Part shown: positions 26,448 through 37,934 of the stretch, one piece after another | Numbering within the stretch: position 1 is the first letter of the stretch | Layout of the letters: the number at the start of each line of letters is the position of its first letter | Source: Octopus sinensis | Taxonomy: Eukaryota | Length of the DNA: 64,000 bases | Assembly (NCBI RefSeq): GCF_006345805.1 | Contig: NC_043026.1 | Span: 2,666,001 to 2,730,000 of the forward strand | Direction: 5' to 3' | Program-made: the position numbers and the translations under genes | The notes under the pieces: model-generated | What the model was told of the DNA's origin: nothing | Database searches by the model: none | The model's input: only the letters and a program-made list of their open reading frames with translations

Positions 26448-26989
26448 TATTGTATATGCCTGTGCTTTTTATGTGGTTGAGAAGCAGAAATAAGTATCTT
26501 GTTATAGAGGAGGTACATGGTTACCCAGTGAGAGAGAGGGAGAGAAAAAGAGAGAGCGACCTAGAATGAGGGCAGAAATAAGTGTGCTGCTGTCGGGGAG
26601 ACAAGTGGCTTCCCAGCCAGAGGGAAGAGCAAGGGAAAGAGAGAGAGAGAGAGAGAGTAGAAAACAGCAAAAGCGTAAGAGAGAGTAGGAGAGAGATGAT
26701 GATGAAGTGCCGGGGTATACTCACAAGTAAGAAAGATCAGAGCAGAGATGTGATGGTAGAGTAGAGAAAAAAAAGGGGTATGAAGGGCATAAAATATGCA
26801 GTCAGGTGTTACCAAGAAGGTGCAAGTGGGGACTGGAGTGATGGGTGGAAACCTGGGTAGAGGGCAGTGGGGGTAGGAAAGGGGATCGGAAGAAATGTGA
26901 GGAAGGGAAAGATGCAGTTTAGAAGAGATTTGGTTTGGTTTCTTGGAGTAGGGTCTGTGGAAATTGTGTTGTTCCATGCGGGACACAAC

Positions 26990-27590
26990 TCTTCTAGCTC
27001 TCCATTTTGCTGACGTGGGCAGGACTTTTCTAGGACCTCATATCGGCAAACATCTCATTCCATTGTCATTTCCACCATGAGTCCCAACATCCTAAGATCA
27101 GTCCACACTACTTCATCACATGTCTTCCTGGGTCTCCCCCTTTTACGGGTATCATCCACTTCATTGACAGGCATTTCATACACATCACATGTCCAAACCA
27201 ATGCATTCTCCTCACCTGCATGCCACATTTAATCCCTGTTAGGCCTAACTTTTCTCTCAGCACAGTTCTACTTTGTCGGCCATGCACATTGATGTTTCAA
27301 GTCCAAATTGAGCATCCTACCTTCGCTCCTTTCCACTCCACACATGTCCTCTCCAGTCAGACCCTATGTCTCACCTTCACGTCATATAGCTGTTCTCACA
27401 CAGGCATCATACAATCCACCTTTCACTCTGAGAGAGAGTCATTTTGCTGCCAACAGAGGCAGTAACCCTCTGAGCTTCCTCTACCCTTCAGAAGGACCAA
27501 TTCTATGGGGTTCTTTTGCAGGTTACCTCAATGACAAATGACAGAGGTTTCATTATTTTGGCTGGCAATTTTAATGGACATGTGCAGCTT
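26990..27590. mobile_element. Decayed RTE fragments (ORF C-terminus on minus; APE endonuclease piece on plus at about 27480-27590)
   Basis: Minus strand GRPRKTCDEVV; plus strand KDQFYG.LLQV...IILAGNFNGHV. Confidence 0.6.
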
Positions 27591-27947
27591 CTTTCAGTTC
27601 TACCAAATCCACTCACAAGGCCTCGGTGCCACTTGCCCGAGGTGTCACATTTTTTTTTTTTTACTTTCTGTCCAATTTCTTTTTTCTTGTTCTTTTCCTC
27701 TTTAAATTTTTCTTTCCCTAAACAACCATCAATTTCGATGATACCACACTTCTGCACATCTTTCTTACATACCACTCGAAGCTGTTTTCCTCTGCTTCAA
27801 CACGCTCCTGGCAACTGATCAAAATTCTATCCATTCTTCTGGACAATTACAATCTATCAGTGTCACTCCTAGCATAAAATGCTCTGTGCATTATCAATAC
27901 TTTTCATGCCTTATTATTATTATTATATTATTATTATTATTATTATT

Positions 27948-27997
<50 letters not shown>

Positions 27998-28080
27998 TAT
28001 CATCATCATCATCATCATCATCATTATTATCCTTATTATCATCATCATCATCATCATCATCATCATTATTATTATTATTA

Positions 28081-29465
28081 TTGAGTGAGAGAGCAGTGCA
28101 TGCCATCAAAGTGACACTGGGGTAAAATATACGAAGTCCAGTATACCCATCATGACCACCCGCCTGATAAGGGTTACACAAGGCACATGCATCACAATTT
28201 TGCTAATTTCTATTTCAAGATCTTTATATTTGCTCAGTTTCTGGTAGGTCTTGACAGATACGTTTATATCGATTGGGACTGTCATATCAACGAGGAGGCA
28301 AGATTTTTGTCTGTAAGTATGAGATCATGGAGAACCACACTAACTTTGAACAGTGACTTTTACTATGATGTCTGGCCTATTCGCATCTATCTTTCTGTCA
28401 GTTTGAATGGGGAAGTTACAGAGGAGTGAGATGTGGTCATTTTCAAGCACTGGAGGTGGTTTGTGTTCCCACCAGCTTTTATCATGGGGCAAATCCAGGT
28501 TTTTGCAAATTACCCAGTGAATATATTGTGCAGCTCTATCATGCCTGTTGAGATACTCTGTAGGCACTAGAAGACTGCACTTGGAGACAATACAATCAAT
28601 GGTTTCATTTTGTTGTTGACATACACAACATGTTGGGCTACTGCCATTCTTTAATATGTTGGCCTGGTAGTTTATTGTAAGTAGACATTGATCTTGAGCT
28701 GCTATGATGAACCCTTCTGTTTCAGATTTTAAGCCAGAGGCCATTAGCCATTGATTGGTCAGGGCTTTGTCAACATCTGCATTATTCGCTGTCTTTGGGT
28801 ATTTGCCATAGAGATGTTTTTCTTGCCATTTATCATTCAGAATATCTAAGGCCGCGGTTTTAGCACGCGTTTTCATGCGCTTAACTTTTTCTGTGCTTGA
28901 TTTTTGTATGTCTAATTCCAAAATTTGTTGTATTCGGAATTCACTTAGATATTCATTTGCCTGTTTTGTTACTGAGTATGATGCTTTCTTGTTTTCATGT
29001 TTTGAGACAAGTTCTAACATCCAGTCCTCAGAGTTTTCGGGTAGGTGTCGTTGTTATTGCCAGTTGTAAAAGCCCGCGACCTCCCTCTTTTCTTGGTAGA
29101 TAAAGTCGAATCTCTATCTGCCTTAGGGTGGTGCATTCTATGCATTGTCAACAGTTTTTGTATTTTTCTGTCAAGATTGCATATTTCAATAAATGACCAG
29201 TTAACGATTTTGAAACTGTAAGTCACGACTGGTATGGCTAATGCATTGATCGCTTCGATCCTGTTTCTCGCATTCAGCTCTGTTTTGAGTATTGCTCTAA
29301 CTCTGCGATAACATTCTCTCCTGATCCTTTCCTTCATCACTGAATACCTTAATCCGTCCCCTTCAATTACCCCTAGGTACTTGTAGCTCTCTACTGGGTC
29401 TAATTCTTTTATGACATACTGCTGGTCGAGGTTAACGTTAGATGTTTCTGTCATTTTTCCTTTGA
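28081..29465 (-). mobile_element. R4/Dong-clade non-LTR retrotransposon relic (RT C-terminus, Zn knuckle, restriction-like endonuclease) ending in the family E 3' terminus
   Basis: YKYLGV, LKTELNARNRIEAIN, LKSETEGFIIAAQDQ, C..C...ETID.I...C, RHD, NRPDIIV, KY.DLEIEI; flanked by TTA/TCA arrays on both sides. Confidence 0.85.
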
Positions 29466-29472
29466 TAAAGGT

Positions 29473-30137
29473 TATTATTATTATTATTATTATTATTATA
29501 TTATTATTATTATTATTGTTATTATTATTATTATTATTCTTTTTATTCTTTTTTTATTATTATTATTATCATTATTATCATTATTATTATTATCATTATT
29601 ATTATTATTGTTATTATCATTATTATTATTATTATTATTATTGTTATTATCATTATTATTATCATTATTATTATTATTATTATATCATTATATTATTATT
29701 ATTATCATTATTATTATAATTATTATTATTTATTATTATATTATTATTATCATTATTATTATTATCATTATATTATTATTGTTATTATCATATTATTATA
29801 TTATTATTATTATTATTCATTATTATCATTATTTTATTATTATTATTATCATTATTATTATTATTGTTATTATCATTATTATCATTATTATTATTATTAT
29901 TATTATCATTATTATTATTATTATTATCATTATTATTATTATTGTTATTATTATTTTATTATTATTATTATCATTATTATTATATTATTATATCATCATT
30001 ATTATTATTATCGTTATTATCATTATTATTATTATCATTATTATTATTATCATTATTATTATTATTATTATTATTATCATCATCATCAGCATTATTATTA
30101 TTATTATCATTATCATTATTATTATTACTATTATTAC

Positions 30138-30169
<32 letters not shown>

Positions 30170-30237
30170 TACTATTATTATCATTATTATTATTATGATT
30201 ATTATTATTATTATTATTATATTATTATTATTATATT

Positions 30238-30268
<31 letters not shown>

Positions 30269-30327
30269 TACTATTCTTCTTATTATTATTATTACTACTA
30301 CTATTACTATTATTATTATTAATATCA

Positions 30328-30362
<35 letters not shown>

Positions 30363-30560
30363 GTTATTGTTATTATTATTATATTATTATTATTATCATC
30401 GTCATCATCATTATTATTATTATTGTCAATATTATTATTAGTACTATTATTATTGTTATTGTTATTGTTATTATTTATTACTATTATTATTATTGTTGTT
30501 TTTGTTATTATTTATTATTATTATTGTTATTATTGTCGTTGTTATTATTGTTATTGTTGT

Positions 30561-30593
<33 letters not shown>

Positions 30594-30652
30594 TATTATT
30601 ATTATTATTATTATTATTGTTGTTATTGTTATTGTTATTATTGTTATTGTTG
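29473..30652. repeat. ~1.2-kb compound (TTA/TCA/TTG)n microsatellite abutting the splice acceptor
   Basis: Read directly; ends about 15 nt before the AG at 30666-30667. Confidence 0.95.
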
Positions 30653-30667
30653 TTGTCTCTTCTTCAG

Positions 30668-31049
30668 GTCTGGCTTTGTCAGTTGGCATCATCCTCTACA
30701 TATCAGCTGTCAACGATGAGGTGGGACATCGGGCTAAGATCATTGGGGTTCAAGGTCCCAAGTTTGCCTACTTCTATGGCTGGTCGTTCTTCTTTGCCGG
30801 AGTCTCATTCATCACTGCCGAAATGGCAGCCGTGTTCGGCATCTCACTCTATCTGCTGCGCAACTCACATGTCGACGACATCCTGCGCATCATCCCTGGC
30901 CTGGAGGACAGGTTAGACAAACTGAATAAACTTAATGGTTACCGCAACGACTACGAGGACGATGATGTTTACGAGGATGGTGAAAGTCACTACGCTCGCA
31001 CCCCGGGCAAGCAACAACCACAAGAAGAACAACAACAGCAGCAGCAACA
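30668..31049 (+). CDS. Terminal exon part 1 (TM3-ECL2-TM4 and start of cytoplasmic tail), voltage-dependent Ca channel gamma / TARP-like, PMP22/claudin superfamily
   Basis: Acceptor tctcttcttcAG at 30666-30667. GLALSVGIILYISAVNDE...YFYGWSFFFAGVSFITAEMAAVFGISLYLLR matches the family signature GL..VG..LYIS..NDE and YGWSF. In frame with exon 17617-17751. Confidence 0.92.
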
Positions 31050-31946
31050 CAACAACAACAACAACAACAACAACACAGCATTTATCAAACTTTACAACAA
31101 ATACAGCAAGAGAAACAACAGCAACAAATTAGTCACTACCAAACACTGCAACAAATACAGCGTGAGAAAGAACAGCAGCGGCAAGAAGAACAACAACAAC
31201 ATAGCCACTACCAGACACTACAACAGATTCAACCGGAGAAGCTGCATCATGGCCATTACCAAACGTTGCAGGAAATAAAACAGGAGAAACAGCAACAGGA
31301 ATGCCGTGAAATGGATGCCGAGAGTAACATTTATGCGACATTACGCCATGCTGACGAGATGAGGAAAGACCCACGCGTCATCATTAGCGACTTTGATTTC
31401 GGTGGCTCCATCTATGGTGATAACGTGGACAGGGTCACCCCCGTTCAATCAGACCTGGCCACCAACATCAGCACCGGCCTCGATACGTATGCTGATCCAT
31501 ACACACTCGATGGTTCAAAGTACACCATCTACGGACGAGTGTCTCCAGCCAGCGCCGGTGGCGAGGGGTCAGGCATGGCGGCTGCGCCGTCGACGTCCTA
31601 TGCCACATATGACGTCATCAACAACGCCCCCGACGACGTCACCGACCTCGGCAGTGAGGTCGGCAGCGAGGTTTACTTCGGCGACGACGTGTTTGACAGC
31701 GGCACTGGAGGAGCCGGGTTCGGCGGCAGCAAGGATGACGAGCAGCTTTACGGATACTGTTATGTCCGTGACGTGCATCGCCAACAACAACAACAACAAC
31801 AGCAACAACAACAACCACCACAACAACAACAACAGCAACAAGGGCACCACTACCACCACCACCCCCACCTCTTAGAAATCCAACACCACTCCCATTACCA
31901 ACAACAAGAACAGGAAGACGAGAACCCGTATCAGTACCTGCACCAA

Positions 31947-31977
<31 letters not shown>

Positions 31978-32042
31978 AGCAGCAACAACATCAGCAGCAT
32001 CAGTATTATTATTATCAATATCAGCAGCAGCATCCACAGTAA
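31050..32042 (+). CDS. Terminal exon part 2: polyQ, Tyr-motif-rich cytoplasmic tail after an apparent 1-nt frameshift
   Basis: Frame 3 is open from 31050 to TAA at 32040-32042. It contains four YQTL repeats that differ only at synonymous positions. GC-rich, non-microsatellite coding composition at 31300-31780. Confidence 0.75.
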
Positions 32043-32336
32043 CGACAAGAACAATAACATGAACACTTAATCTCAAAATTGAGTCCGAAGGAAAGGAAAA
32101 ACTAGCATTTCCATTGGTAGAGCTGACTTTGACTCACACGTGTGTCTGTATGTGTATATATATATATATATGTGTGTATATATATATATATGTGTGTATA
32201 TATATATATATGTGTGTATATATATATATATGTGTATATATATATATATATATAAATTGGTAAAAACGGTAAGATAACAAAAGAAAGAAAGAGACCGCAA
32301 TATTATGTAAATAGAGGAAATTTATCTATAAAGTAA

Positions 32337-32518
32337 TATGTTACAATTACTCGATAGTCAAGATAAAACTCACAGTTTCAGATGCCGAAGTGGAAATCCA
32401 CAACACCATCTCTTCGGTTATCTGGCCATCTGGAAAAAACGCTATGGCGTTGTGGATTTCCACTTCGGCATCTGGAACTCAGAGTTTTATCTTGACTATT
32501 GAGTAATTGTAACATATT
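32337..32518. repeat. Fold-back element with hammerhead-like motif on minus strand (32361-32423)
   Basis: Arms of about 70 bp. Minus strand AGATAA-CCGAAGA-GATG...CATC-T-GAAAC-TGTGA-GTT-TTATCT. Confidence 0.75.
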
Positions 32519-32610
32519 ATTTTATATATATATATAATATGAGGGAATATTATTCCAAACTTAAAGGGAAAAATTCAATTTAGAAATACTAAATCAAATT
32601 GCACAAATGT

Positions 32611-32673
<63 letters not shown>

Positions 32674-33070
32674 TGTACAATTTGATGTGTGTGTAAATAC
32701 ATACATACATACATACATACATACAAACATGCATACATACATACATACATAAAAATATGCATGCATACATCATACATACATACATGCATACATACATACA
32801 TACATGCATGCATACATACATACATATATATATTTATACACAGTAAAAGTCTATTTGCAAAAGCAACATGGCAGTCCCATGTAGGATGATATTACTACAT
32901 TTTAGCCCCAGGAAAGCATCTTTTCCAGCTGGTTACTGACACTTGATCGCCATGTTTATATATATATATATATAAGATATAATCTTACCGTGGGTGACAT
33001 CATGGAGCCAAAACGGTGAATATGTTATAATCACATACTAATAGGTGTATACTCAAAGTCCAATAGTTAC

Positions 33071-33116
<46 letters not shown>

Positions 33117-33704
33117 ACATAATATATAATGTAACATATTGATATATATTATTTATTATTATATCCTATATATATTTATATACATACATATATATACATA
33201 TAGATATGTATACATATGTGTATACATACGTATATATATGCGCATGTGTGTATATATATATGTGTGTGTATACATACATACATACATACACACATCTACA
33301 TATATTTGTGTGTGTGTGTATGACTTGAGGTGTATACAGTGAAGAAGCAGAAGGAGAAAGTTTTAACAAATGTGTTACACACACACACACCCATATATAC
33401 TATATATATATATATATATATACATACACACAGAGGTGTGTATGATTTGTGTATAGATGAATGTATTACATACCCACATAACTCATCTGTGTGTATCAAA
33501 AAGGAGATAGGAAAATTCTTTGGTGTTATTTTTGATAAAAATTTCCCAGTTCCTTTTTCTGGTCATTTTACAGAGAATATTTTCCACTATTTTTCAATCC
33601 TTTTGCTGCACATCTCACACAAATATAACATCGAATACAATTTTGAAGACTAGAATAAGCAGACGTGATTCAAGACGGCACAGCTTGGGTTTTAACCCTG
33701 TATG

Positions 33705-33784
<80 letters not shown>

Positions 33785-33999
33785 TATATAATGTATATAT
33801 ATGTATATATATATTATATATATATATGGTATATATATGTATATATATATGTATATGTATATATATGTATATGTATATATATATGTATATGTATATATAT
33901 ATTGTATTGTATATATATATATGTTATATGTATATAGGCATATATATGTGTATATATATCCATATATATATATATATATGTATATACATATATACATAC

Positions 34000-34041
<42 letters not shown>

Positions 34042-34043
<2 letters not shown>

Positions 34044-34225
34044 TCATCATCATCATTTAGCGTCCGTTTTCCATGCTAGCATGGGTTGGACGGTTCTACT
34101 GGGGTCTGTGAACCCAGAAGGCTTCATCAGGCCCAGTCAAATCTGGCAGTGTTTCTACGGCTGGATGCCCTTCCTAACGCCAACCACTCCGTGAGTGTAG
34201 TGGGTGCTTTTTAACGTGCCACCCG

Positions 34226-34228
<3 letters not shown>
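34042..34228 (-). mobile_element. RTE tail fragment (family D)
   Basis: Nearly identical to 3116-3310. Confidence 0.75.
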
Positions 34229-34283
<55 letters not shown>

Positions 34284-34299
34284 TTATATATATGTATTG

Positions 34300-34332
<33 letters not shown>

Positions 34333-34387
34333 GTATATATGTATATATATATATATATTATATATTTATATAGATATATATATATGT

Positions 34388-34426
<39 letters not shown>

Positions 34427-34500
34427 GTATAATATATATATATATTAATAGGTATATGTATATGTATATATATGTATATATATATTATATAATGATTGTG

Positions 34501-34812
34501 TGGAGGTGCAATGGCCCAGTGGTTAGGGCCAGCAGAATCGCGGTTGTAGGATTGCGGTTTCAATTCCCAGACGGGGCGTTGTGAGTGTTTACTGAGTGAA
34601 AACACTTAAAGCCCCACGAGGCACCGGCAGGGGTGGTGCTGATCCCTGCTGTACTCCTTCACCACTCTTTCTCTCACTCTTTCTTCTGTTGGCCTGCTCG
34701 CTTAGCCAGCGGGTGGCATCATTTGAAGCCTAAAACAATCCAAAGTGCATTGTGACCAGCGATGTGTAACAATATCTGATAGCCTGGTCTGTCATGTTGA
34801 TCACAGTGATCA
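34501..34812 (+). mobile_element. SINE family B
   Basis: Matches the family. Confidence 0.85.
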
Positions 34813-34817
34813 TATAT

Positions 34818-35146
34818 AACTTATAAATAAGGGCAAACGAAAAAATTTCTAATGCCAAACATGCCAAAAGTAGACACATTGTCCATAACTATATAATTTA
34901 TCACAATACGCATGCTACTCGAAAAAGATAAATGCGGTGACCACATTTATCACTGACGAAGGGAGGGTTCTTATGAGCTAACTCTGAAATCGGTCCGATA
35001 TGGTAATAACGGAATTTTTTAGAAATATCTTTCGACCTTTTTCGAGTAGCATGCGTATTGTGATAAATTATATAGTTATGGACAATGTGTCTAATTTTGG
35101 CATATTTGGCATTAGAAATTTTTTCGTTTGCCCTTATTTATAAGTT
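34818..35146. repeat. Fold-back element (about 110-bp arms) with an intact hammerhead in the loop
   Basis: 34818-34927 is the reverse complement of 35037-35146. Confidence 0.9.
34947..35006 (+). ncRNA. Type I hammerhead ribozyme (complete fold), Penelope/pLTR-associated
   Basis: Stem I TTATCA/TGGTAA; core CTGACGA (34953-34959); stem II AGGG/CTCT plus GGTTC/GAGCT; GAAA (34986-34989); stem III ATCG-GTC-CGAT; cleavage triplet AUA after 35000. Folded by hand. Confidence 0.75.
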
Positions 35147-35230
35147 GTTTATAAATTTAACCTTTAAAGGCATTTTTTAATATGCTGGGCATTGATAAAA
35201 ATTTTTTCGAAAAAATTTTATCCTACATTA

Positions 35231-35271
<41 letters not shown>

Positions 35272-35304
35272 ATTATTATTATAACACAGGATTGGTTTGT
35301 GCCT

Positions 35305-35633
35305 CAGCATGCACTGAAAAACAGACGTCAACTGTAAGAGAAGGATGTGAATTCTACTTTGCAGCATATCTCTGCGAGTCTTGACGGGTCTATGCTAAGC
35401 AAAGACGCAGCTCGCTTACATATTCATGGCCACTTGTATATTTATGCCTGGGTGTACCGACGCTGATGAAGGCAACAGGTAATGCTTTTTATTACTTTAA
35501 GCCTGAAACACGATCATGTACGTGGCTAACCAAAGTTCTAATCCATTTACTGTCTTCTACTAGCCTAATTTGTTGTGTGTATTTCTCGGAGAATTCATGG
35601 TGGTGTCTTTTGACATCTATTTTTCAGTGCGTG
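35305..35633. repeat. Short-arm fold-back enclosing a hammerhead
   Basis: CATGCACTGAAAAACAGACGTCAA versus TTGACATCTATTTTTCAGTGCGTG. Confidence 0.65.
35457..35525 (+). ncRNA. Type I hammerhead ribozyme (complete fold)
   Basis: Stem I CCGACG/CGTGG with one bulge; CTGATGA (35463-35469); stem II AGGC/GCCT plus GTAAT/ATTAC; GAAA (35505-35508); stem III ACA-CGATCA-TGT; GUA cleavage after 35520. Confidence 0.72.
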
Positions 35634-35671
35634 GCAAGGGGCAAGCCAAGCCCTTGTTATAATTATGTATA

Positions 35672-35702
<31 letters not shown>

Positions 35703-35973
35703 TAATTTACTCTGCTATGTATTGAGTACCTTATTTACTGTGGTTAACCCCGACTCAACCCGGCTACATATATTATATATATATATATTTATCAAAATAA
35801 AAACATGATGCAAAGGATTTAGCGGTACATATGTTTCTAGCTTTTTTAGACAGTTTATATCAATGCATAATTGATGTAATTAAAATAAATGCCAGAAACA
35901 TATGTACCGCTAAATCTTTTGCATCATGTTTTTATTTTGATAAATATACTCTATCACCTACACCACTAAATGG

Positions 35974-36009
<36 letters not shown>

Positions 36010-36199
36010 GGTAAAAATCATTTATGATTTTGCCCTTTATTATTATTATATCCTATATATATATATATATATATATATATACTAACCCTAACCTTAACAT
36101 TGATTTACTGATGTGAAGATAGACTATGGTTAGTAAATCAGACTAAGTGCAATTTTTTATACACTCACAAAGTTCAGCTGGCATTAATAACTGATAAAA

Positions 36200-37035
36200 G
36201 CAGAGTGAAGCTGCTTGGCAAAAATTAACCTTGATCTCTGCTGTGCATGCAGACTAAGTTTTTATGTTCTATCTCATTTCTGCTTTTTACAGCAGTGCTT
36301 GGAAGGAAGGTGTGTAGCGTGTGATCATTGCATTGACCATGATAGAGAAAGTTGTCATGGCGATACCTGCTCAGGGGCCTGTGCAATGTTGCGGAAAGTG
36401 TATGGAGAGGAGGAGTGTATGAGCCGCACTCAAGTGTACAAGTGGGTCAGACGTTTCCAAGATGGCCAAAAAAATGTTGATACTGACGAATATTCTGGGA
36501 GACTCGCAACCAGCAGAACTGAGAAGAACATCACAGATGTGCATGCAACTGCAAGGGGAAATCATTGAATCACCATCCGTGAGTTATCAGAAGATGTGCA
36601 GATCAGTTACGGTTCAGTTCAGTCCATTATCACGGAAGATTTGGGTATGAGATGTGTGTCTGCCAAGTTTGTGCCAAAATTGCTTCCAGCTGACCCAAAA
36701 GACACTCAGGTTTCAGTTGCACAAGATCTCCTTGATTGTGTCACGAATGATGAAAACTTCTTGAAAACTTTTTGTAGGCCTCTGAGCAGGTACAGCCAAG
36801 CTTTTGGCAAAATTTGATACAGATTCTCTGCTCAACTTTCTCTGTCATGGTCATTGTGATGATCACACGCTACACAGCTTCCTTCCAAGCACTGCTGTAA
36901 ATAGCAGAAGTGAGCTAGAGGGTTAAAACTTAGTGTGCATGCACAGCAGCGTTCAAGGTCAATCTGTGCCAAGCGGCTTCACTTTTTGTGCATTAGTTTT
37001 GTTACTATGGCAACATTCGGGATACTCATTGATCA
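36200..37035 (+). mobile_element. Internally deleted mariner with long (about 190-bp) inverted arms
   Basis: MLRKVYGEECMSRTQVYKWVRRFQDG and LGMRCVSAKFVPKLL; 36200-36395 is inverse to about 36775-36985. Confidence 0.8.
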
Positions 37036-37137
37036 GACCACATATATACATACATGCGTACATATGTACACACACACACATAATTGGATAGTACATATAA
37101 TGAAGTCAAAAGCTGCAACTCCACCAATAGAGAGGAT

Positions 37138-37578
37138 GATCAGGACTGACCTGGGGCTAAACAACAAGCGAGGACACATCACATAATGTAATCCTTGATA
37201 CACTTATGTCTAAAGAAAAGACAGGTTGGTCACATTTGGAACATCTCTGATCATAGATCTACTGGATCAGGACTGACCTGGGGCTAAACAACAAGGAAGG
37301 ACACATCACATAATGCAATCCTTGATACACTTATGTCTAAATAAAAGACAGGGTGGTCACAGGTAGGACATTTTTTACCATAAGCCTACTAGATCAGGAG
37401 TTATCTGGAGCTAAACAACACAAAAACGATGGCCACATTAGATGATGTAGTCCTTGGTACACTTCTGTCTGAATAAAAGACAGGATGGTCACAGCTGGAA
37501 CATCTTTGATCATAGGTCTACTGGATCAGGACTGACCTGGGGCTAAACAGCAACAAAGAAGGGACACATTGATACTCT
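37138..37578. repeat. ~127-132-bp tandem repeat, about 3.4 copies
   Basis: Units start GATCAGGA at 37138, 37265, 37392 and 37524. Confidence 0.85.
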
Positions 37579-37934
37579 TAGTAACATTGCCAGTGTCGAG
37601 AAGATGACTAAAAGGGCAACGAAGAATTGTCCAAGAAACCAGTTTGGTGGCATCCCTGTGTGCCTGGCCTCTGTGTGTCCTCTGGTCTTTTATTTGGCAG
37701 ACAAGTTCCAGGGTTTCAGGTTCTGGGCTGATCTGCTTTTGCTTCTTTACATTGGTTTATTTCCCAATGATAGCTACCCCATCCCCCACCCCCGGTGTCA
37801 TTATGCTTCACCTGTGAAACACCTGTGAAACACCTGTGAAACACCTATGAAACACCTGTGGAAATGCTTCTTTTATTTATTCACTTATTGTTTTCACCTA
37901 TTATCAAAGGTAAAACAGCGAAAGGCACAAGCAT

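Noticed and set aside
29411-30667. Poly-I/L/Y ORFs, including the first 58 codons of ORF 30493-31278
   Set aside because: (TTA)n array; the real exon starts at the AG acceptor at 30667/30668.
30905-30920. Possible donor GACAG/GTTAGA that would splice around the frameshift
   Set aside because: No pyrimidine-rich acceptor was found before the frame-3 repeats; a 1-nt indel is simpler.
31051-31278. Poly-N, K/N-rich C-terminus given by the ORF track
   Set aside because: The frame-3 repeats diverge only synonymously, which supports frame 3 as the real one; kept only as the alternative hypothesis.
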